Of a stretch of 64,000 nt of DNA, positions 1-8,610 are shown piece by piece; position 1 is the stretch's first letter; the number at the start of each line of letters is the position of its first letter. The stretch covers positions 1,824,001 through 1,888,000 of the forward strand of contig CP000071.1 in assembly GCA_000002445.1 (NCBI GenBank). The letters are read 5' to 3'. This DNA comes from Trypanosoma brucei. Taxonomy: Eukaryota. The notes under the pieces were generated by a model. It searched no databases, had not been told where the DNA came from, and worked only from the letters and a program-made list of their open reading frames with translations. The position numbers and the translations under genes are program-made.

Positions 1-698
1 TCGAGGGACGGGAGCGAGCGCTTCAAGTCCCGCTCTTGCAGTTGCGTTACTTCGCTTATAACCACTCAACGGAAACTAAGGCGTGGACTGTAGATTACAT
101 CAAAGGCACGCGGGCGTACATGCACCAAAAGCAGAAGGAAAAAGAACCAAAGTTGCGTATTCGTGTGGATGACGATGACGACGAGAATGAACAACGGGGG
201 AAGGAGGACTCCGGTGTGGAGTCGGACGAGGAGCAGTATGACAATGAAGTGGTGAAACGACTAGGCAGTGGGTCTCCAAAGCACACTCGGTTGTGCCTGA
301 AGGCCTTGCGTGAACTTCGTGAAATGATTTCAGATCCGTACATACAAGCGCGGTATGCAGTGACAAAGGCTCTTAGCGACCTACTTCCGCCAGAGTTTAA
401 GTTCTTTTTGTGTGATTTGGTACTTCGGAGAGCTGCTCTTCTCTACACCCCACGGATATTTGTGCTGGATGGGGACGACAGGCGATCTTCGTGGCATGTA
501 CAGGGTGTCTGGAACATGGGGAATGAATCCGATGATCCCTATGATATTGTGGGCATATTCCAACGGGTACTCGGAAGGAGAGAATTTTCTGAAGTATTGT
601 GTGCCTTTGAGGAGTGGTATCGCTTGCATCAAGTGGAGCGATATGACATCACGTATGTCAGCCGCCAGGAATTGCTCGCCGTCATGACGGATGCGTAG
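1..698 (+). CDS. 5'-truncated hypothetical protein with an acidic Asp/Glu tract. The gene starts upstream of the window.
   Basis: The reading frame is open from base 3 to the TAG at 696-698 with no upstream stop. The track start at 36 is a TTG. Third codon positions are GC-rich, as in the neighbouring genes. I do not recognise a domain. Confidence 0.45.
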   Translation, partial: EGRERALQVPLLQLRYFAYNHSTETKAWTVDYIKGTRAYMHQKQKEKEPKLRIRVDDDDDENEQRGKEDSGVESDEEQYDNEVVKRLGSGSPKHTRLCLKALRELREMISDPYIQARYAVTKALSDLLPPEFKFFLCDLVLRRAALLYTPRIFVLDGDDRRSSWHVQGVWNMGNESDDPYDIVGIFQRVLGRREFSEVLCAFEEWYRLHQVERYDITYVSRQELLAVMTDA

Positions 699-1048
699 TC
701 TGCCTGCACACCGTTGTCGCTTAATCTCTTACGTCACTTTTGTCCTGAGTTTTTAATGTGACACTCTGTCTCGCGTATGTATACCATTTCCCGTTAGATC
801 GGCGTAGCACGTGCAGGCAGTCACCCTTGCTGGTGGAAGAGACGGGAAAAGGCAAGAAAGGGGAGCACTGGCCTTTTAAAAAACTACTACAGCACTACAC
901 CGCAATGTCCCGATGCTGTTTCGTCTCTGTTTCGGGGTCTAACCCCCCCCTCCCATTCTTATTGTAATTACTATTACTTCCTATCACTTTTTTTCTTACT
1001 TTAATCTCTTACTGGTTGGTTTGGTAACCATGGTGGACGTAGACGCAT

Positions 1049-1798
1049 ATGAGCGGAAAACATCTTTTGCATCGTGAGCCATTGGGCACACCGCATCGAG
1101 GAATTGCTCTGGCACACAACTCGAATCCAGTTGTGTTTCTAGAAATACAGTTTCCAAAAAGTGAGAAGGTTACGGTAGCCGGCGTACAGCAGCAATCGCA
1201 ACCCGTCCGCTTACTATTTGAGCTTTTCTTCGACTTAGCGCCCACACTGGCAACCAACATGTATGGACTGTGCATCGGGAGCTGCACTCGGTTAGTAAAT
1301 CACCGTGTGCAAGCAGCGGGTTACAAGGACACCGTGCTGCACGATGCCTTCGTTGGTCAGTATGTTGTTGGGGGTGATGTGATGGGTGCGGCTGGAAGTG
1401 GTTTCTTTTCCGCACTCGGAGAACGGCAGGGCCCGCTGCAAGTGCCTCAAAATGAACTTGAGTCCCTTAGCAAGATGGCTCCGGAACGCTGTCGGCAGCA
1501 GCTTGGTATATACTTGCAGTATTGGAATCATACGCAGCAGCCGGAAGGGGGAGCCCCCAGTACGGCGAAAGTTGCGTCTACTTTTCGTATTGATACCGTG
1601 GCGCGTGGTGCAGCGGCCAAAATGTCGGATGATGGTGTTCTTATCGGCCGCCTGGTCGCTCGCGATGCCGAGCAGCGTGCAGTGGCTGAGCGACAGCTTG
1701 CCGAGTTAGCTCGATCTGTGTATCATGCACGGCGCGTCGGCTCACCGCAGGAGCAGTCGCAACTTTTCCCGGTTATCACTCTGTGCGGAGAGATGTGA
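1049..1798 (+). CDS. Cyclophilin-like protein (divergent PPIase fold, probably catalytically degenerate), 249 aa
   Basis: The ORF starts with ATG. The N-terminal ~110 aa align with the cyclophilin core: NPVVFLEI, LLFELFFDLAPTLATNMYGLC, GYKDTVLHDAFVGQYVVGGDV. The key Arg of the FHR(I/V) motif is replaced (LHD). The C-terminal half is unrelated Ala/Arg-rich sequence. Confidence 0.55.
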   Translation: MSGKHLLHREPLGTPHRGIALAHNSNPVVFLEIQFPKSEKVTVAGVQQQSQPVRLLFELFFDLAPTLATNMYGLCIGSCTRLVNHRVQAAGYKDTVLHDAFVGQYVVGGDVMGAAGSGFFSALGERQGPLQVPQNELESLSKMAPERCRQQLGIYLQYWNHTQQPEGGAPSTAKVASTFRIDTVARGAAAKMSDDGVLIGRLVARDAEQRAVAERQLAELARSVYHARRVGSPQEQSQLFPVITLCGEM

Positions 1799-2054
1799 GG
1801 TTGCGTATGGACATGCCACATTACACTTTGTGCATGTGTACAGTTTGTGCATATTTGTTGTGATTCTCTTATTTTTCGCTTCTGTTCCTTTCTGTGCTGC
1901 TTTTTCTTCCGCCGTATCTTCCGCTGTCCACCCAACTGTTCTCTGTATTATTATTATTTTTTTTGTGGGGGCACTCCCTCTTATCTGTACGTGATGACCA
2001 GGACAACTCCACTGGTGGCGAGCTTAGGTGGAGAGGTGCCATTTGTCGGGATTC

Positions 2055-3320
2055 ATGGAAGACGCGGTAGAGGCGCACCGCACTGGGTTGGTGGTGGCCC
2101 TCTGCGGTTCCGAAAAGAAACACCGACAGTCGTTTGAAAAAATCCGACGGTACGCTGAAGGCATAAGAAACGAAAGTGGTAAGAATGGTACACCTACCTT
2201 TGGCGGTGGACGCACCTTTGTCTTTGTTGATATGAAGTACGATGCCCACAACCGCGAGATGATCACCGACGATGATGATATGAAAGTGGATGTAGTTCTT
2301 CACAAGTTGAGTACGCTGCCGCCAGAGGCCTTCGGTGCGCTTTTGAAGTGGTGTGAGGCAACATCAGCAAAGCGACGACAGAAACGGTTACCACCCGTTG
2401 TTGTAATCGACCCTCCTAACGCGGCGCGAGTCGTTATGAAGCGTTCCACATTGGCCAAAGCTCTTGAGGGTCGACCGGTACCATCACTTTTCCTGACACC
2501 CCGTTCGTGGTTTTGTTCTTGTGGTGGTGGAGCGCTGGAACCACTTGGGTGGCGGGACACTGATTCCACCGTGACCCCCGATACCACAGAGGGCAGCTGT
2601 GAGTGGTGGATCACCAAAACAGATCTTAGCACAGGTCCATCCTACACTCATCGCATGGTCGTATGGCAGGGACCAGTTCCAACAAATGGCATACCCCAAG
2701 CAGTGATGAAACTCCTGCCCTCTGAGTCGCAAACGTACATTGTCCAGAAGTTTTTCTTGAGTGCCCTTCCCTTTGTTCTGAAGGTGTACTGTGTGAGAGA
2801 ATACGTGGCCATTCGAGCGGTTTCAGCCTTTTCATTGTTACGTGCTTTGCTGGACGGCTATTCTTCCATAAACAGCAACAGTGAAGGTTTTCAACCTGTC
2901 TGTATCGATTCCCAAAAGATATTTGCAAATAAGGATGTGTGGGATCAGCAAAACCCACAGTTAGCGCAGCATTGGCAGCGTTATCTTATTGAGGGCGGGG
3001 AAGCCCACACCCAGTGCAAGGCGATTGCTGCTCAACTGTCGCAGACGTTGCAACTGTCGCTTTTCGGTTTTGATTTACTATTGTTACCTAAGGATTTACC
3101 TTCCGGTAATCAGCCTATACTTGAGAGCCCCATAACTGCGGAAGCAGTGGGGGCGCTGCTGTTTGAAGAAAAAGGTGTCGGTTCCCCTACAATTCTTCTA
3201 CGCACTGCGGTGCCGATGGTTGTAGATGTTAATTACTTCCCGGGTTATGCTGGGATGTCCGAAGTGGAACGCCGTATAACGGAAATGATCGAGTCAAGTG
3301 TTGTTTCAAAAGATTGCTAA
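2055..3320 (+). CDS. ITPK1: Inositol-tetrakisphosphate 1-kinase / inositol 1,3,4-trisphosphate 5/6-kinase (ITPK1 family, ATP-grasp)
   Basis: The track start at 2028 is a GTG. The first in-frame ATG is at 2055. Blocks collinear with ITPK1: VDVVLHKLS; VVVIDPPNAARVVMKRSTL; VQKFFLSALPFVLKVYCVREY; LSLFGFDLLL; VVDVNYFPGYAGMSEV (compare IDINAFPGYEGVSEF in ITPK1). Confidence 0.8.
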   Translation: MEDAVEAHRTGLVVALCGSEKKHRQSFEKIRRYAEGIRNESGKNGTPTFGGGRTFVFVDMKYDAHNREMITDDDDMKVDVVLHKLSTLPPEAFGALLKWCEATSAKRRQKRLPPVVVIDPPNAARVVMKRSTLAKALEGRPVPSLFLTPRSWFCSCGGGALEPLGWRDTDSTVTPDTTEGSCEWWITKTDLSTGPSYTHRMVVWQGPVPTNGIPQAVMKLLPSESQTYIVQKFFLSALPFVLKVYCVREYVAIRAVSAFSLLRALLDGYSSINSNSEGFQPVCIDSQKIFANKDVWDQQNPQLAQHWQRYLIEGGEAHTQCKAIAAQLSQTLQLSLFGFDLLLLPKDLPSGNQPILESPITAEAVGALLFEEKGVGSPTILLRTAVPMVVDVNYFPGYAGMSEVERRITEMIESSVVSKDC

Positions 3321-4070
3321 GGCGGTGTGGGTGGTAGCAGAATCATCTCAGTTCTTTGGACTGTTATGTCACTGTACTTGATGCGGTAAAGGTCCGTGCA
3401 CGGAGAAACACTGGGGGAAGATGGAGTGTGTTTGCGTGCGTGTTGCTTCCTCCTCACTTGAAATTTGATACAATGGTTGCACGACCGTAATACACGTGCG
3501 ACAGGTTTACTGCTTGTATAACCACCCAACATCACGATCTTTGAGTGTGTGAACAGTGCGACAGTTATTTCCGTGTGACATAACAATACCACTGCGGCAT
3601 TTTTTTTTTTGAACGGAGACAATCTATATTATTGTTGCAATAATTTTTATCCCTTACTATCGAACGAAGGCAACTCCCCTTTGCTCTGCAGGTGCATCAC
3701 TTTCACTTTGTTCCGACTTTTACTCCTTTATAAGAGGCTGACTGATAGGTATAGCGCAAGGTACGAGGTAACAAGGCGAGGAAAACTCAACTAAGCATTG
3801 CAAAAACCTACAGGCTGTTATAGAGTGTGATACACACTCCTATTTTTTTTTTTCCAGAAAGCAAGGGCAGTTTAGCGCAGGTGTCTTGTGGAAGGCACAG
3901 AGCAACAACCCGGTAAGTAGATACTGTACGAAGCAGAAGGACAGGTCGGTAGGTGGGAGGGGGAAAGATCAAAGCGGGTCAGAGGAAAACAACAGGTATA
4001 TTTATATATTGGGAACGATCTTGCATAGGGTGGAAAGGAGTCATAGAAAAAGAAAGGGAGGGGAACCTTT

Positions 4071-5528
4071 ATGATAGCTGCAACTCAGGTGCCAGGCTTG
4101 AATGAAATATCTCGACAGGCGGCCTCAGGTAGTCCATTTCCACAGGTACTACCGCCAAGGTACCCTGCCAACAAAGTCAGCACGGCGGGGCTGCAGTCAA
4201 GCAACCACGGCGCCGCACAACTCGTGCACGACGTGAACAATGTGGCTGCTGAGATTCATCATCCGCTTATAACTGCTGCTGACTACAGCGACCGTAGACA
4301 ACTTCTGTCACACATAACGGTGTTGAGTGGTCAACTGCAGCGGGCGCAGCTACTGCTTCGCAACACGCCAAGCTGCGTCGTGTCTGACGCTGATATCGCA
4401 CGTTTCGATCCCCTTATTGCGCAAGCTGAGGTGGAACGTCTTGACAGCGCACTTGCGCAACTGAGCCTCCTTCACGAAATGGAACGTGCCCGTAGTGGCT
4501 CCTTAGAGGCAGAGCAACAACAACTTCGCGAGGAGCGCAATCAGCTTGTAGCACGAGTGGACACTTTGGAGTCCCGTTCAGTGGCGCTAGAGACGGAAAA
4601 CGTGCAGCTTCGCAGTGCTTTGGAAGTGGCCCAGCAGGAATTACAGGTACTGCGCGTGGGGGAGTCCGCCCTCGGAAACAAACTACATGCAATTGAACAG
4701 CTTCAGCGTGACGGAGGGCGCTTTGACGGTGTTAATGTTGTCATAGCACCACCACGCGCAGTCTGTAGTACAGCGGCAAAGGAACTGCAACTGCAGGAAA
4801 ACATACAGCGGCTGTCGCTGCTGTTGGACATGATGATGGATCCCATGTACATTGCATTTGACGCCGGGGTAGTGTGGATAACAGAAACGGAGCACCATCG
4901 CGCTGGTGGGCAAGTTTGTGGGGCGGCTCTCAGCAATGCACCTCATGACAGCGAAGAACTGACGACGACGGTTGGTGGAAACAGCCCTCTTGGTAATGCG
5001 AGCGACGCGACACTACCGCAAGATGTCGTCGCTAATCCCCCTCATGTTGTTGCAAGTGAGGTGGATATATCTCTACTTCAGCAACAACAGCAGGAATTGT
5101 GCCGTCAGTTGGACGCAGTAAGGGAGAGCTGCCGTGTTGCCGAACGAAATCAAGAGCGGTTACAGGATCTCTTGTTGGAGGAACAGCGGCGTACAGAAGC
5201 AATGGCCCAGGAACACTGCAAGCAGTTGCAGTGTGTGCACGACAGGGTGGTCCATGAGCGCCGCCAGGTGGTGGAGAGCCTCGTGGCAGAGGTGGAGGAA
5301 AAGATGCGGAATGCCTTCCGTGATGGCCGCTTATATCAGAAGCAGTTGGACGAGAGGTTGATTCACAGGCGTTCGTCAAGTACATTCCAGTCACGGAGTG
5401 GGCATTCGTCAGCGCGAAGCACCCCTTTTGCGTCACGGCACAAGGCGTTTGGTGGCAATGGGACGTGTAAAGGAGATGGGGACGCGAACAGCAGTCGTAG
5501 TGCTCGTTCGCCGATACTCGGTGGATGA
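4071..5528 (+). CDS. Hypothetical coiled-coil protein, 485 aa
   Basis: The ORF starts with ATG. It has long heptad-like stretches rich in Leu, Gln, Glu and Arg (for example LREERNQLVARVDTLESRSVALETENVQLRSALEVAQQELQVL) and an S/R-rich C-terminus. A polyY tract lies upstream. Confidence 0.55.
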   Translation: MIAATQVPGLNEISRQAASGSPFPQVLPPRYPANKVSTAGLQSSNHGAAQLVHDVNNVAAEIHHPLITAADYSDRRQLLSHITVLSGQLQRAQLLLRNTPSCVVSDADIARFDPLIAQAEVERLDSALAQLSLLHEMERARSGSLEAEQQQLREERNQLVARVDTLESRSVALETENVQLRSALEVAQQELQVLRVGESALGNKLHAIEQLQRDGGRFDGVNVVIAPPRAVCSTAAKELQLQENIQRLSLLLDMMMDPMYIAFDAGVVWITETEHHRAGGQVCGAALSNAPHDSEELTTTVGGNSPLGNASDATLPQDVVANPPHVVASEVDISLLQQQQQELCRQLDAVRESCRVAERNQERLQDLLLEEQRRTEAMAQEHCKQLQCVHDRVVHERRQVVESLVAEVEEKMRNAFRDGRLYQKQLDERLIHRRSSSTFQSRSGHSSARSTPFASRHKAFGGNGTCKGDGDANSSRSARSPILGG

Positions 5529-6136
5529 ATACACAGGAGTCGAAAAGGAAATTAAATGCTTTTCAAGGGGTATGTTTGTATACTCTGTGATGGGTTTGTT
5601 GTGTAACTTGCAGTCTGGTGTACGTTTAAGTTTTACTGGGTTATTCTTGGCTTATTTCGTATTCTTTCCTCCGTGCGCTTGTGCATGCATTCTTTTTTTT
5701 TTTTTGCCTGTACGTGGGTATGTACTATCGTACTTTCGTATGGCTCCGCTGCATTACCGTATACTTTCAATCATAGACTTATTCCAATCGTGAAGGGGTT
5801 TCTTAGGAGCACATTGGTTGAGTTGACGGGGAACTATCTCTTTGTTTTTTTTCGTACCCAACTTGGCTGGTGTGCACATGGCCATGGAAACTCTTCTTCA
5901 GGCTTACAATTGTTGGTCTTTTCATCTCGTCCCGTAATTACCACTTTACATACTCAGTTACTTTTGACGTTTTACTTTTTATTTGTCTCTTATTTACTTC
6001 TGCCCCCTGTCCCTTATTTACTCATTGTTTTTTTTTCTTAAGTCGTGGTCGCTGGTTTGGCACGATCTCCAACACAACCACTGCTACCACTGGTTGCAAG
6101 AGGGTTTGGCACCAAAGTAAATTCTAAAATAAAGAT

Positions 6137-6499
6137 ATGGCGGCACCACTAGCAGCGTTGGTCCTACTGGGTGGTGCGTATTACATTTTTAGGTTGGCTC
6201 CGCGAATAACGCAGCGTGTTTCAATGGCACAAGGCCTAACGTGCGCGGCAAATCGGCAGCTGCGACCGTACCGCCGATATGAGGGGGGTTTCGAGAAATC
6301 CATGACGAAACGTGAGGCACTACTGCTGCTTGGCTTTACTGAAGATGTTGCCTCCGGTGGATTCCTTTCCCTTCCATCAGATGAGGAAATAAAAACACGG
6401 TATTATGGTTTAATGAAGCAACTACACTCGGACGTGGATGGCAGTCCGTATATTGCAGCGAAGTTGAATGAAGCACGGGACATACTGGGGAAGAAGTAA
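6137..6499 (+). CDS. Pam18/Tim14 (DNAJC19)-like inner-membrane J-protein with a degenerate J-domain (HSD instead of HPD)
   Basis: The ORF starts with ATG. There is an N-terminal transmembrane segment (AAPLAALVLLGGAYYIF). The C-terminal block REALLLLGFTED...LMKQLHSDVDGSPYIAAKLNEARDILGKK aligns with the yeast Pam18 J-domain (...[23 protein letters not shown]). Confidence 0.7.
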   Translation: MAAPLAALVLLGGAYYIFRLAPRITQRVSMAQGLTCAANRQLRPYRRYEGGFEKSMTKREALLLLGFTEDVASGGFLSLPSDEEIKTRYYGLMKQLHSDVDGSPYIAAKLNEARDILGKK

Positions 6500-6966
6500 C
6501 ATGTCATTTAACTATCGCTTAGCAAATTCCAATCTGATATGTGTAGTCCGTGCTTCAGTGTGATATACAAGTCAGCTCAGCTTTCATCACTGAGTAATGT
6601 CCCCCTCTCGAACGCTGAACAAAAAAAAACCGTTCGACAACATTCGACAACATAGTGCCCTTGCAAATATCGTACAGTACCTGGCGAGTGGAAGGTTTGA
6701 ATGCATCCGAGTACGCACATATATTCTTCTGTGTGCATTAGGCCTCAAGTGTGTTACTTCCCCTTCTATCACTTGTATCTACGAAACAAAGTTTTTGTAG
6801 GGCCCACGCGGCTGTGGTGAATAGGTGCCGGACGCTGCTGTGCGTGTGCGAGGTAATCAAGTGGGTTAAAACTAGCGAACAAACTTAGCGTCGCGTGTTT
6901 TGGGTACTTGAAAGGTGAGCAGAAGGTAAAGTGCACAAAGGGGAAAGGAAGAGGCAGTTGTGTTAA

Positions 6967-8220
6967 ATGATGTCATCCTCAGCTTTTACGGCGGCGGCAA
7001 TCGGTGAACGGCTACAAGTAGCACTGGAAGAAGCAACACGTCACCTCGAATGCGGTTGCTCCATAAAATGCTCGCTGGCAATATTACCAGACATCGCTCT
7101 GCAGGGGATGGCACACAGTTGGGGGATCGTTGACCTTATCGAACATTCACAGGGCAGCACCTACGAGTTGGCTGTAGGTTTGGGAAAAGATGTGCTAAGG
7201 GAGGCCCTCGCAGATTTCTTACGTGAACAACAGAATTCCGATAGAAGAGAAGAGGCGCTGCCCCTCATAGCACCCGTTGTGCATAACCTGCCACGTTTCT
7301 CTGTAGTGCTGTTGCTCCTCATCATGCCTGCTCACAGCAGCCTGTGGAGTGCGAGACGACGTTGGATAGAGACATGCACTGCAAACGGTGAAGATCATTC
7401 CCGCTCCTTCTTGTTTCAGGAGGTGCTCGTAACGTCTTTACTGCTAAACTTTTATTATAAAGTGCAGGAGGTCTGGGTTTATCGGTGGTGGGTAGTAGAA
7501 CGGCTCTTATCGCATCCTGGTATAAACTTGGAGGTTTTCAACGACCACGACCGCGGTGTGCTGATGGAGGCCGCTGACAAGCATCCCATGAACTATAACG
7601 CCTGGAACTATCGCCGTCAGGTGTTCGAAAATATTTTGAACATCACACAAAACGCAAGTAGGTGCAGGTCATGCGCGTCAACACCTTCATTACTCCAGCA
7701 GGAGGTTGAAATCGCGCTGCGTTTTTTTGAAACCCACAACGGTGATACGTCTGCTGCGTCGTATCTTATTTTTCTTCTTCACAAGGCGGAGACCATCAGA
7801 AGTGACAGCGCAGAGGGTAAGTATAATCAGAATAGTGGTGTTTGTGCCGGTTCCTTAGTGCATAGTGTGTGGAAAAGGCTTATGTTAGCCAGTACACAAG
7901 AGTTGCGTCGGCACTGGGACAAGGGTCACGAAGCCGTCTGGGTGTTGCGTTTGGCACTCATTCACTGGGCGCTTCGCATCCGTCCCATGTGCGGTTGGTC
8001 ACTCGAGGATGAAATGCATCTCATATCAGTTTATATGGAATTGCCAACGCTGCATGATGAATGGGTTGGTTTGAGCGAAGTGACGTGGGTGGCGGCCTCA
8101 GGGAGTCCTTCATGGACTTCGTTTTATGCAGCACGGTACGGTGTTCAGTTGCTAAAATTAGTTACTAATGCGTGCCGTGGGAAGGGAAGAAAAGTTATCG
8201 ACTCTGATGGCCACAAATAA
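6967..8220 (+). CDS. Protein prenyltransferase alpha-subunit repeat (PPTA) protein
   Basis: The ORF starts with ATG. It carries PPTA-type repeat signatures: HPMNYNAWNYRRQVFENI and WVYRWWVVERLLSHP. The subunit type (FTase/GGTase-I alpha versus RabGGTase alpha) cannot be resolved by eye. Confidence 0.55.
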   Translation: MMSSSAFTAAAIGERLQVALEEATRHLECGCSIKCSLAILPDIALQGMAHSWGIVDLIEHSQGSTYELAVGLGKDVLREALADFLREQQNSDRREEALPLIAPVVHNLPRFSVVLLLLIMPAHSSLWSARRRWIETCTANGEDHSRSFLFQEVLVTSLLLNFYYKVQEVWVYRWWVVERLLSHPGINLEVFNDHDRGVLMEAADKHPMNYNAWNYRRQVFENILNITQNASRCRSCASTPSLLQQEVEIALRFFETHNGDTSAASYLIFLLHKAETIRSDSAEGKYNQNSGVCAGSLVHSVWKRLMLASTQELRRHWDKGHEAVWVLRLALIHWALRIRPMCGWSLEDEMHLISVYMELPTLHDEWVGLSEVTWVAASGSPSWTSFYAARYGVQLLKLVTNACRGKGRKVIDSDGHK

Positions 8221-8610
8221 GAATAGCGGTGATGAAAGCGCGGGAGTGTCGTCACCTCTCGGGTTTGTGTAACCGCTCAGTGTTTCTTGCGCATGCGCTC
8301 GCATTGCTTTGGTCGTTCGCCACCACATTCTTCGTAGCGAGCTGCACAAAAGAAGAGATATGGACCTGCTGTCATTGTAACCTCTGTTGCTGTCAAGTTG
8401 AGCCCGTGCTGCGGATTGATATATCACACTTTCATTACCTATTTCTTTCCTTCGCAATGGAGAAACGACTAATTTACTCCCCAGAAAAGGAAAGTTAACA
8501 AGGGTAAAGGGACGGTACGTGGCGAAAAAAAAAAAGAAAAGAAAAAGCTGGCAAAGTGAACTAAAAGAAGGTGGAACGGAACGCATTAAACACACTAAAA
8601 GTTACCAACT

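Noticed and set aside
3490-3570. 9-bp direct repeat gtgcgacag, occurring twice 50 bp apart in the ITPK1 3' flank
   Set aside because: Too short and too few copies to distinguish from chance. No associated structure was found.
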